The notes under the pieces are model-generated. The model was not told the origin of the DNA and did not search any database. It saw nothing but the letters and a program-made list of their open reading frames with translations. This document shows, one piece after another, positions 9,814 to 18,615 of a stretch of 64,000 nt of DNA; positions within the stretch are counted from its first letter, which is position 1, and every line of letters starts with the position of its first letter. This stretch comes from Legionellaceae bacterium (GTDB lineage: Bacteria; Pseudomonadota; Gammaproteobacteria; Legionellales; Legionellaceae): contig JARGNP010000002.1 of the NCBI GenBank assembly GCA_029210265.1, positions 48,718-112,717 on the forward strand, read 5' to 3'. A program made the position numbers and the translations under genes.

Positions 9814-12285
9814 GTGTTGAATCGTAAAAGTGAGTTTTTAGTACGAGGCTGTGACATTTTTTTTTCTTTTATAGGGCTGGTGATGTTGTCTCCTGTTTTT
9901 GTTGCCTTGTATGTTATGGGATACATGAATTTAGAATCGCCTATCTTTAAGCAAGAGCGGATTGGGATACATAAAAAGCCCTTCGTTTTGTTTAAGTTCA
10001 GAACCATGCTCGTCAATACGGCGTCCATGCCTACACATTTGATATCAAATACTTCAATTACGCCCTATGGCCAGTTTCTACGAAAAACAAAGTTAGATGA
10101 ATTACCGCAATTATGGAACGTTTTAAAAGGCGATATGAGCTTGGTTGGTCCTCGACCTGGTTTATCTTCTCAAAAGGAATTGACTTTAAATCGAGAAAAG
10201 TATGAGGTTTATAGGGTTAAACCTGGAGTCACAGGGCTTGCCCAAGTTAATGCCATTGACATGTCTACACCAGAAAGCCTCGCAAAAACAGATCGTAAAA
10301 TGATAGACCAATATTCTGTGAGTAATTATTTTAAGTATATTTTAATTACAGTGGGTGGCAAAGGTTATGGGGATAGAGTTGTTAAGGAGGAGATATTGGA
10401 AGGTAGCTCTGAGGAAAATGCGTTTTCTTTACGTCAAAAACTTTATATAAAGTTACCTGTAATTACGTTTGACGTTTTAGCCATTCCGATGGCTTGGTTT
10501 ACTGCTCATGCCGTTCAACTTGATTCACTTCAATTGTTTCAAGCTTGGGCGCTTCATCAAGCCGGGGGTCCGTTTCTTGTGTTGCTGGCACTTCAAGTAC
10601 CTTGTTATTATGCCTTTAGAGTCTATCGTGGATTATGGCAATTTTCGTCACTTAAAGACGTTTCACGTATTGTAAGATCAGTGTTTATCGGAACCTTGTT
10701 AGCTCTTTCTGTTTTTTATGTATTGCCAGGAGAGCAGCTGGTTATGAAATCTGCTGTACTGTTGTATAGCTTGCTACTTATGGCCTTTTTGTGCGGTGCA
10801 CGATTATTATTACGTAGTTATCGAGATAAACGAAATAAGCACATGGATGCAGGCCAGGTGATTAAACGAGTTCTCATTATTGGAGCGGGTAATGCGGGTG
10901 CAGGTTTGGTGCGTGACTTGCAACGCAGTGGTGAATATTTGCCTGTGGGTCTGGTGGATGATGGTCGGAAAAAGCGAGGGCTTGAAGTGCATGGTGTTCG
11001 CGTGCTGGGTACAACATCGCAATTGCCAGAGCTTGTGACGCAATACAACGTGGATTTAGTTTTTATAGCGCTTCCTTCAGCAAGTTCGGCTGATATGCGA
11101 CGGATTGTTGGTTATTGCGAACTTAGTCAGGTGTCATTTAGAACTTTACCAAGTTTATCTGCACTGGTGTCAGGGCGAGTAGAAGTAAATGCACTTCGGA
11201 CCGTAAAAATTGAAGACCTGCTTGGGCGCGATCAAGTTGAACTTCAGTGGGACAAAATTAAATCCGGTATTCAAAATCGCTGTGTGCTTGTTACTGGAGC
11301 GGGCGGATCGATTGGCTCAGAATTATGCCGCCAAATAGCCATGCTTCAGCCGGAAAAACTTGTTTTACTTGATAACAGTGAAGCGAATTTATATCACATC
11401 GAACGAGAGCTTCAATTTCACTTTCCTAACGTAAAATTTGAAACAGCACTCATCAGTGTGCTTGATACAATTGCGGTGAATGCACTGCTCACACGTGTTA
11501 AACCAAACCTTGTATTTCATGCGGCAGCTTACAAGCATGTGCCTTTATTAGAACATCAATCACGTATAGCTGTACGTAATAATGTGCTTGGAACACGTGT
11601 GGTTGCTGAAGCAAGCCTTGCTGCTGATGTTGACAAGTTTGTTCTCATTTCGACAGATAAAGCGGTTAATCCTACGAATATTATGGGTATGACGAAGCGT
11701 GTTGCTGAAATTTATTGTCAGAATTTGAATCAACGCGTGAAAACAAAATTTATAACCGTGCGTTTTGGGAATGTTTTAGGCTCTGTCGGCAGTGTAGTGC
11801 CTCTATTTCAGAAGCAATTAGAATTAGGTGGACCTTTAACGGTTACACATCCGGATATGCAGCGTTATTTTATGACAATACCAGAAGCGAGCCAATTGAT
11901 TTTACAAGCGATGGCGAGTGGTGAAGGTGGCGAAATCTTTGTGTTGGATATGGGTGAACCTATTAAAATAAGCTATTTAGCTGAGCAAATGATTCGCCTT
12001 GCAGGAAAAGATCCAGATAAAGATATTAAAATTGAGTATACGGGCCTGCGTCCTGGTGAGAAATTGTTTGAAGAATTGTTTCATCCATCTGAGAAATTGG
12101 TTCAAACGGAACATGAGAAGCTATTCAAAGCACGTTTTCGTGAGATTGACTGGGATGAGTTAACAGAAACAATTCGGATGATTCAAAATGCATGCAATAC
12201 AGAGCAAGCTGATGAATTATTAATTTTGTTAAAAAGCTTAGTGCCGGAGTTTTGTTCTGAGCGTACTGAGAGCGTTATGGAATAG
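9814..12285 (+). CDS. In-frame fusion: small monotopic phosphoglycosyl transferase (PglC/WbgY-like, aa 1-190) + WbpM/PglF/CapD-type membrane-anchored nucleotide-sugar 4,6-dehydratase (aa 195-823)
   Basis: N-terminal domain shows FKFRTM...[21 protein letters not shown]...GVTGLAQV...GGKGYGDRV (a complete Bac_transf domain). Four hydrophobic segments follow, then [27 protein letters not shown] and YKHV / [17 protein letters not shown] (CapD-type SDR). Confidence 0.8.
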   Translation: MLNRKSEFLVRGCDIFFSFIGLVMLSPVFVALYVMGYMNLESPIFKQERIGIHKKPFVLFKFRTMLVNTASMPTHLISNTSITPYGQFLRKTKLDELPQLWNVLKGDMSLVGPRPGLSSQKELTLNREKYEVYRVKPGVTGLAQVNAIDMSTPESLAKTDRKMIDQYSVSNYFKYILITVGGKGYGDRVVKEEILEGSSEENAFSLRQKLYIKLPVITFDVLAIPMAWFTAHAVQLDSLQLFQAWALHQAGGPFLVLLALQVPCYYAFRVYRGLWQFSSLKDVSRIVRSVFIGTLLALSVFYVLPGEQLVMKSAVLLYSLLLMAFLCGARLLLRSYRDKRNKHMDAGQVIKRVLIIGAGNAGAGLVRDLQRSGEYLPVGLVDDGRKKRGLEVHGVRVLGTTSQLPELVTQYNVDLVFIALPSASSADMRRIVGYCELSQVSFRTLPSLSALVSGRVEVNALRTVKIEDLLGRDQVELQWDKIKSGIQNRCVLVTGAGGSIGSELCRQIAMLQPEKLVLLDNSEANLYHIERELQFHFPNVKFETALISVLDTIAVNALLTRVKPNLVFHAAAYKHVPLLEHQSRIAVRNNVLGTRVVAEASLAADVDKFVLISTDKAVNPTNIMGMTKRVAEIYCQNLNQRVKTKFITVRFGNVLGSVGSVVPLFQKQLELGGPLTVTHPDMQRYFMTIPEASQLILQAMASGEGGEIFVLDMGEPIKISYLAEQMIRLAGKDPDKDIKIEYTGLRPGEKLFEELFHPSEKLVQTEHEKLFKARFREIDWDELTETIRMIQNACNTEQADELLILLKSLVPEFCSERTESVME
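10384..10398 (+). promoter_or_regulatory. Candidate internal ribosome-binding site (AAGGAGG) plus in-frame TTG at the PGT/dehydratase domain junction
   Basis: AAGGAGG at 10384-10390, a 5-nt spacer, then TTG at 10396-10398 (codon 195 of the fusion ORF). This sits exactly where stand-alone WbpM-like proteins would begin. Confidence 0.3.
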
Positions 12286-12297
12286 ACTGAAAACGTG

Positions 12298-13371
12298 ATG
12301 TGGAACTCAAATAATAATACGCCTGAGATGATTTGGCTTCGCATGTGCTGTCGTTATGCTTTAGGTGCGATGAGTTTATTGGACTGCCTGCCTTATCTAG
12401 AACAGCCACTTGATGATGTGCGTTTTATTGAGCTACTTCACGACCATCGTTTGCTCTTGTTGGTGTATCAAGTGCTTTCTTCAGATTTTCAAGCTTATGT
12501 TCCAAAGTCGTTGTTACAAAAATTAAAAAGCAAAGCAAACCCTGTTATTAATACTCAACTGGTGTTGATGCGTACCGCGCGTGATGTACATCGCGTATTA
12601 GAGCAGCATGCAATCTCCCATGTTTTTTTAAAAGGACCCAGTTTAAATCAAATGCTTTGGGGGCGCCGAATGATGCGGCATTCCCGTGATTTAGATGTAT
12701 TGATCTTGCCTCGAGATATTTTTAAAGCGAATACGGCGCTTCAGCAGTTAGCTTTTAAATCAGAGCTCTCAAGCATAAGTATGCGGTTTCATCAGCGTTT
12801 TAGTACCTGGACCACGAAAAAAGATGCTGCTTATTGGAAGCGAGGCATGCCTCAATGTATTGAATTACATTGGAAAACGTATTGCACCGAATTTATTTTA
12901 CCCACAATTAAAAAACGAGACAGCTTGCTTCAATTTACGGATGAAGAGCATGTGCTGTATTTGTGTTTGCATGCGGCAAAACATGGATGGCTGCGGATGA
13001 TCTGGCTGGTAGATATTGTAGCGCTCTTACAAACCAAGCAGATTGACGTGTCTTGCGTGCGTACGCTTGCAAAAGCACGGCATATTACCCCCGTGGTGGA
13101 TGAGATGATGCTGTTAGCAGAGCAGTGGCTAGGTGTTACTTTATGTTCAGAGAAGAGTTATATTGAGATTCAAGAGCGTGGGATTTTATTACAAAAACGT
13201 ATTGCTTGGGCAAAAAAATTGGATCTTAAACCTTTTTTTAGAGATCTGACAGGGCGTTATTTTGCTAATGCGTTTTGTTCGAGTCGCTGGCGTCAAGCAA
13301 GGCTGTGGGCACAAATTTTTTCAGGGGCGATGATTTCACGATGTTTGGGTTATTTCCGTAGTTGTATATAA
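12298..13371 (+). CDS. Uncharacterised nucleotidyltransferase-family protein (NTP_transf_5-like)
   Basis: FLKGPSLNQMLWGRRMMRHSRDLDVLILPRD resembles the G-x...D-x-D minimal nucleotidyltransferase core of the PF14907-type family. I recognise nothing else in it. Confidence 0.5.
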   Translation: MWNSNNNTPEMIWLRMCCRYALGAMSLLDCLPYLEQPLDDVRFIELLHDHRLLLLVYQVLSSDFQAYVPKSLLQKLKSKANPVINTQLVLMRTARDVHRVLEQHAISHVFLKGPSLNQMLWGRRMMRHSRDLDVLILPRDIFKANTALQQLAFKSELSSISMRFHQRFSTWTTKKDAAYWKRGMPQCIELHWKTYCTEFILPTIKKRDSLLQFTDEEHVLYLCLHAAKHGWLRMIWLVDIVALLQTKQIDVSCVRTLAKARHITPVVDEMMLLAEQWLGVTLCSEKSYIEIQERGILLQKRIAWAKKLDLKPFFRDLTGRYFANAFCSSRWRQARLWAQIFSGAMISRCLGYFRSCI

Positions 13372-13459
13372 AAAGCTTATTGAAAGCAAAAGCTCGCGAT
13401 GTTGATAAAACAACGTTATGATCACACGACGTCTTAGCGTAAAAGAGTAAGTTAGTATT

Positions 13460-14884
13460 ATGCATGTGTTTCCAATTGTATTAGCCGGTGGATCGGGCAC
13501 GCGACTGTGGCCTTTATCACGTAAAGATTTTCCCAAGCAGTTTTTGAATCTGCATGGTGAAACATCGTTGCTTCGGCAAACACTTGAACGCGCAAAAAAT
13601 ATGCCGCACACAGGGATGGTGGTGGTGAGTAACGAAGCGCATTACTTTTTGTGCCAAACTCAACTTAAGAATTTAGACGTAAATCTTACTTATTTATTAG
13701 AACCCTGTGCTCGAAACACCGCACCTGCTATCGCGTGTGCCGCGCATCGCGTCTTAGATGTTGTTGGTGAAGATGCAATTTTAGTGGTGTTACCGTCTGA
13801 CCATTGGATTGAAGATGAAGCCGCCTGGCAAGCAGCCATGCAGCGCGGCATTGATTATGTGACGCATACACCTGCGATGGTGACGTTTGGTGTGAAACCT
13901 ACAAGCCCTAAAACTGGTTATGGATATATTGATACGGCAGAACAGCAAGCCACGGGTGTATATTCGGTCGCACAGTTTCGAGAAAAACCGACGGTTGAGG
14001 TTGCCGAGGCGTGTATACAAAGCGGTACATCTTATTGGAACAGTGGGATGTTTGTGTGTCGTGCGAGCACGTATTTGGAAGAATTATCGCGATTTGAACC
14101 CGAGTTATTTACAAATACTGAAGCCGCGTATCAACAAGCACATCGTCAACATGATTATTTTCGTTTAGATGAAAAAGCATTTGCGGCGTGTCGTGCTGAC
14201 TCGATTGATTATGCGGTGATGGAAAAAACCGAGCGTGCGGTTGTTGTGCCGATGGATATTGCGTGGAACGATTTAGGCTGTTGGTCGGCCGTTGCCGAAA
14301 CCAACGAAGCGGATACGCATGGTAATGTTTTGCAAGGTAAGGCCCTAGCTGAAGAAAGTGAAGGGTGTTTGATTAGCAGTGATCATGCCTTAGTTACGGC
14401 TTTGGGGCTTCGTGACCAAATCATTGTGGCAACACGAGACGCGGTCTTGGTTGCAGACAAGCGTTATTCCCAGCAAGTGAAAGACTTGGTGAATACGCTG
14501 GGTGAGGAGCATCAAAGCTTGGCCGAAGGGCATGCGTGCGTTCAACGTCCTTGGGGGACGTACGAAATATTAGCCGAAGGTGAGGCATTTAAAGTGAAGC
14601 GTTTGATGTTAAAGCCTGGCGCGCGTATTTCATTGCAGCGTCATGAACATCGTGCCGAGCATTGGGTTGTGGTTGCCGGAGAAGCTGATGTTGTGAATGA
14701 TACGCAGCATTTTCGACTTACAGTCAATCAATCGACGTATATTCCACCCAAAACCACGCATCGCTTGAGTAACCCAGGCGACGTGCCGTTGTATGTGATT
14801 GAAGTGCAAAGTGGTGCTTACTTAGGTGAAGATGATATCACACGTTATGAAGATATTTATGCTCGTGAGGTGTGTGAAGCGTAG
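13460..14884 (+). CDS. manC: Mannose-1-phosphate guanylyltransferase / mannose-6-phosphate isomerase (bifunctional, type II PMI)
   Basis: PIVLAGGSGTRLWPLSR nucleotidyltransferase motif. C-terminal cupin with RPWGTYE and QRHEHRAEHWVVVAG. 474 aa. Confidence 0.9.
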   Translation: MHVFPIVLAGGSGTRLWPLSRKDFPKQFLNLHGETSLLRQTLERAKNMPHTGMVVVSNEAHYFLCQTQLKNLDVNLTYLLEPCARNTAPAIACAAHRVLDVVGEDAILVVLPSDHWIEDEAAWQAAMQRGIDYVTHTPAMVTFGVKPTSPKTGYGYIDTAEQQATGVYSVAQFREKPTVEVAEACIQSGTSYWNSGMFVCRASTYLEELSRFEPELFTNTEAAYQQAHRQHDYFRLDEKAFAACRADSIDYAVMEKTERAVVVPMDIAWNDLGCWSAVAETNEADTHGNVLQGKALAEESEGCLISSDHALVTALGLRDQIIVATRDAVLVADKRYSQQVKDLVNTLGEEHQSLAEGHACVQRPWGTYEILAEGEAFKVKRLMLKPGARISLQRHEHRAEHWVVVAGEADVVNDTQHFRLTVNQSTYIPPKTTHRLSNPGDVPLYVIEVQSGAYLGEDDITRYEDIYAREVCEA

Positions 14885-14927
14885 TCAGGCAATAGGTTTT
14901 AATCGCAGCAGAAATTTGCGAGTTTTT

Positions 14928-14971
14928 GGAGTATAATCCAATTATATATTAAATAGTTAGGAGTGTACTCC
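14928..14971 (+). promoter_or_regulatory. Two related 12-bp imperfect palindromes (GGAGTATAATCC / GGAGTGTACTCC) spaced 32 bp apart, immediately upstream of the AAA+ ATPase gene; candidate operator pair / promoter
   Basis: The first copy (14928-14939) contains TATAAT. The second copy (14960-14971) ends 2 nt before the ATG at 14974 and overlaps the SD. Each copy is 10/12 self-complementary. Confidence 0.3.
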
Positions 14972-14973
14972 AA

Positions 14974-16182
14974 ATGTTTGAGTCATTAAAACTTATTTAT
15001 TATCGATTGGTTGCTGATGTTGAGCAAACATTTCATCGATATTTGTATGCATCATTTAACACGAATGAGCGTTTGACAGGGCTTATTGGTGCCCGAGGCG
15101 TTGGTAAAACAACCTTGTTATTGCAGTATATTAAACAAAACTTTCCTGACCTAAACGATACGTTTTATATCTCTGCTGATCACATTTATTTTCAACGTGT
15201 GACCTTGTATGAGTTTGTTGAAAATCTATATTTAACACAAGGTGTGACGACTTTTTTTATTGATGAAATTCATAAATACATCAATTGGAATCAAGAAGTA
15301 AAAAATTTGTATGATGGTTTTCCTGATATAAAAATTATATTTTCAGGTAGTTCAAGTATAGATATTGTAAAAGGTAGTTATGATTTATCTCGTCGAGCAA
15401 AACTATATCATTTAGCAGGGATGTCATTACGAGAATACATAAACTTTCATGCGGGATTGAATATAGCACCTGCCACATTCGGATCATTAATTAATCAAGC
15501 CGGGAATTATGATCAAGTATTTCCTAATATTCCTAAAATTAAAGGTTATTTCCAAGATTATTTGAGGCATGGATTTTATCCGTTTTTACAGGAAAATCCT
15601 TTAAGTTATTATGAAAAATTATTAAGAGTGGTTGATAAAACTATTTATGAGGACATTGCGAATTTTTATAAATTAAAAACCGAAAACTTACATCAATTTA
15701 AGAAGGTTTTGAATTTTATGGTAAGTATCCCACCGGGGAAATTATCGATTCACAACTTAGCTAAAAATCTAATGATTGATGATAAAACCGTCGCAAATTA
15801 TTTAAATATCATGCAAGAAACGAATTTAATCAACTTAATTCATGCAAGCGGTACTGGAAATCAAGTATTACGTAAATCAGAAAAGTTTTTTATTAACAAC
15901 ACGAATTTATATCATGCATTATCGGATAACGTGAGCGCACCTCTCACTTTGGGATCGGTTCGAGAGTTATATTTTGTTCAGGCAATTCGTAACGCAGGGA
16001 TTAATATCTTTTACAGTGCGCAAGGTGACTTTGTTATCGATGAGCAAATTTTTGAGATCGGTGGAAAAAATAAAACACGTCAACAAGTTAAAAATCATCC
16101 TCATGCTTTATTGATTAAAGACGATACCATGCTATCTTCAAAGGGTGAAATTCCATTGTATTATTTTGGTTTTTTATATTAA
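14974..16182 (+). CDS. AAA+ ATPase, AAA_14 + DUF4143-like architecture (COG1373-type), function unknown
   Basis: Walker A GARGVGKTT and Walker B FFIDEIHKY. The gene is strongly AT-rich. Hand counts give 13 and 11 G+C in the 60-nt lines starting at 15301 and 15661, against 30 in the manC line starting at 14281. Confidence 0.75.
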   Translation: MFESLKLIYYRLVADVEQTFHRYLYASFNTNERLTGLIGARGVGKTTLLLQYIKQNFPDLNDTFYISADHIYFQRVTLYEFVENLYLTQGVTTFFIDEIHKYINWNQEVKNLYDGFPDIKIIFSGSSSIDIVKGSYDLSRRAKLYHLAGMSLREYINFHAGLNIAPATFGSLINQAGNYDQVFPNIPKIKGYFQDYLRHGFYPFLQENPLSYYEKLLRVVDKTIYEDIANFYKLKTENLHQFKKVLNFMVSIPPGKLSIHNLAKNLMIDDKTVANYLNIMQETNLINLIHASGTGNQVLRKSEKFFINNTNLYHALSDNVSAPLTLGSVRELYFVQAIRNAGINIFYSAQGDFVIDEQIFEIGGKNKTRQQVKNHPHALLIKDDTMLSSKGEIPLYYFGFLY

Positions 16183-16209
16183 ACCTGGATTTAATTAAGG
16201 ACGAATTAA

Positions 16210-17205
16210 ATGCGATTACTTGTCACAGGTGCTGCAGGATATATAGGTAGTCATTTTTGTATTGCTGCACTGAAAGCAGGGCATGAATTGTTTTTATTGG
16301 ATAATTTATCCAACGGTTCGGAAGCGGCAATTGAATATATTCAACATCAAGCCGAAACATCAGACAAAGCTATATTTTTCAAGCAGGATATACGCGATAA
16401 AGATGCACTGGATAGCTTATTTAAAAAACATACTTCGATTGATGCCGTGGTGCATTTTGCCGCGTTAAAAAATGCCCCTAAATCACTTTCAGAGCCGATT
16501 GATTATTATCAAAATAATGTATTAGGCACGCTTAATCTCTTAGATGCCATGACAAAAGCGGGTGTTAAACGTTTTGTTTTTTCATCGACAGCCGCAGTGT
16601 ATGCGCCGGATGCGGAGCAGCCATGTTCTGAGGAGGCTGCGATTGACCCTGTGACCCCTTATGGTAAAAGTAAATTGATGAGCGAGACCATGCTTTCAGA
16701 TATGGTGGCGGCTTATCCAGAAATACGCGCAGTAGCCTTTCGATATTTTAATGCGGCAGGTTCTGATGGCAGTGAAGCACTTACGGCGCTATTGTTAGGT
16801 GATGCAGACGCCAGTTTATTATCGTCTATTTTGAAAGTTGCGCATGGTAAAAAACCGCATTTGTCGGTGTATGGGCATGATTATGATTCACTGGACGGAA
16901 CCGGTATTCGTGATTATATTCATGTGCTTGATCTTGCTGACGCGCATCTTCGAGGTTTAGATTTTATGGAGCACCATGATGGTTTTCAGCTGTTTAATCT
17001 CGGCAGTGGGCAAGGGTATAGTGTATTAGAAACGGTTAAGTGCTTTGAAAAAATAAATAATATATCGATTCCTATCCAATATGAGGCACGTAGACCGGGT
17101 GATTTGTTTGAGGTGTATGCCGATACAACACGCGCACGACAAGCACTAAGCTGGAAGCCAGTGTGTGATCTAGAGCGTATTGTTGGAGATGTTTATGTAA
17201 ATTAA
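16210..17205 (+). CDS. galE: UDP-glucose 4-epimerase
   Basis: MRLLVTGAAGYIGSH Rossmann motif, YGKSKLM catalytic motif and FRYFNAAG. 331 aa. Confidence 0.85.
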   Translation: MRLLVTGAAGYIGSHFCIAALKAGHELFLLDNLSNGSEAAIEYIQHQAETSDKAIFFKQDIRDKDALDSLFKKHTSIDAVVHFAALKNAPKSLSEPIDYYQNNVLGTLNLLDAMTKAGVKRFVFSSTAAVYAPDAEQPCSEEAAIDPVTPYGKSKLMSETMLSDMVAAYPEIRAVAFRYFNAAGSDGSEALTALLLGDADASLLSSILKVAHGKKPHLSVYGHDYDSLDGTGIRDYIHVLDLADAHLRGLDFMEHHDGFQLFNLGSGQGYSVLETVKCFEKINNISIPIQYEARRPGDLFEVYADTTRARQALSWKPVCDLERIVGDVYVN

Positions 17206-17227
17206 AAGTTGAACTTTTAATTTACAT
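17195..17227 (+). terminator. AT-rich hairpin overlapping the galE stop codon (possible intrinsic terminator)
   Basis: atgtaaattaaaag / cttttaatttacat form a 14-bp perfect stem with loop ttgaa. It is followed by aaaactttgatttt. The stem is almost all A/T, so it is weak. Confidence 0.35.
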
Positions 17228-17453
17228 AAAACTTTGATTTTAAAAAGCCATCACCTCAAGACCTATACCACCTCCGAAGTACGTACCTCCGTGTTTACCT
17301 CTGTTTGTATCTTCAAATTTTTAAATTCTTATTTAAATATAGCTTAAAAATACATAATTGTACTTTATTTAGACTAATTTAATATTTTCTGTTGAGAAGC
17401 TATCTGGCTGCCGGTAAGATAAAGTAATTATATTTATATGAAGGAGCATGCTT

Positions 17454-18326
17454 GTGTTTCGAGGGAGTATCGTAGCATTGGTTACGCCGTTATTAGACGG
17501 TAAGGTAGATGTTGTTCGTTTACGTGCATTGGTTGAGTTTCATATTGATGCAGGTACGTATGCACTTGTGGCTGCGGGCACAACCGGTGAGTCGGGAACG
17601 TTGTCGTATGATGAGAAATGCCTGGTGATAAAAACTGTGGTTCTGGCTGCAGCAGAGCGCATACCTGTGATAGCAGGCACGGCTTCTAATTCAACCCAGG
17701 ATTGCATTAGGCTAACGCAGTTTGCCATGTCATGTGGAGCGCATGCGGCACTTATTATGACGCCTGCTTATATTAAGCCCACACAAGAAGGCTTGTATAT
17801 GCATTACAAAGCCATTGCTGAAGCCGTGCATATACCGATTATTTTATACAATGTTCCGAGTAGAACGGCTTGTGATTTATTGCCAGAAACCGTAGTTCGT
17901 TTGGCGGCAATCTCAAATATCGTAGGTATCAAAGAAGCGACGGGGCAATTAAAGCGTCTTAAAGTGTTATTGAAAGCACTTGATGGTCGTCTTGATATTT
18001 ATAGCGGAGATGATCCAACGGCGGCTGAATGGATATTGCATGGTGCTAAAGGCGTCATTTCTGTGACAGCCAATGTTGCACCCAAGTTGATGGCGAAGCT
18101 TGTAGATGCCGCATTAGATAAAAATAAAAAATTAACCAAAAAATTACAAGCTGAGTTGTTGCCGTTGCATCGGGCTTTATTTGTTGAGTCAAATCCGATA
18201 CCGACCAAGTGGGCTCTTGAGCAAATGGACTTGATTGTGAATGAACTTCGCTTGCCGTTAACAAAACTTTCAGCTAAATACCACGAGAGCCTTCTGGGTA
18301 TACTTCGTGCATTAGATTTAAAATAA
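17454..18326 (+). CDS. dapA: 4-hydroxy-tetrahydrodipicolinate synthase
   Basis: [12 protein letters not shown] matches the E. coli DapA N-terminus (MFTGSIVAIVTP). It also shows GTTGES and YNVPSRT motifs. GTG 17454 lies 7 nt after SD AAGGAG (17441-17446), whereas ATG 17448 is too close to the SD. Confidence 0.9.
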   Translation: MFRGSIVALVTPLLDGKVDVVRLRALVEFHIDAGTYALVAAGTTGESGTLSYDEKCLVIKTVVLAAAERIPVIAGTASNSTQDCIRLTQFAMSCGAHAALIMTPAYIKPTQEGLYMHYKAIAEAVHIPIILYNVPSRTACDLLPETVVRLAAISNIVGIKEATGQLKRLKVLLKALDGRLDIYSGDDPTAAEWILHGAKGVISVTANVAPKLMAKLVDAALDKNKKLTKKLQAELLPLHRALFVESNPIPTKWALEQMDLIVNELRLPLTKLSAKYHESLLGILRALDLK

Positions 18327-18359
18327 TTTTAAATATAATTACTAATAAAGAGAGGTTAT

Positions 18360-18581
18360 GTGGTGTTATTAAGAGCAGGCTTGTTAATTCTTGGTGTGGT
18401 GTCGTTATGTGCTTGTAATACGCCGTTTGCCAGCAACGATAAAGATCAATATCTTGAGAGTCAGAATGCGCCAGACATGCTGATTAAACCGCCGTTGACG
18501 ACGTCTAATTTAAGTGGTTTTTATACGCTACCATCGGCGCCTGAGCATGCAGAGGTGGATATTTTACCTCCTGTTAGCTAA
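18360..18581 (+). CDS. Small lipoprotein resembling only the N-terminal BamD-binding segment of BamC (mini-BamC)
   Basis: Signal peptide plus lipobox (LCA|C). The mature part, CNTPFASNDKDQYLESQNAPDMLIKPPLTTSNLSGFYTLPSAPEHAEVDILPPVS, aligns by eye with the E. coli BamC N-terminus (..[41 protein letters not shown]). It occupies the conserved dapA-bamC position. Confidence 0.5.
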   Translation: MVLLRAGLLILGVVSLCACNTPFASNDKDQYLESQNAPDMLIKPPLTTSNLSGFYTLPSAPEHAEVDILPPVS

Positions 18582-18615
18582 TAAAAATATGGGCGATAAT
18601 TGAGCGAGGAGCAGC

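Noticed and set aside
13336-13611. 91-aa antisense ORF spanning the nucleotidyltransferase-manC spacer
   Set aside because: It overlaps the conserved manC N-terminus (GGSGTRLWPLSR) on the opposite strand and has no independent support.
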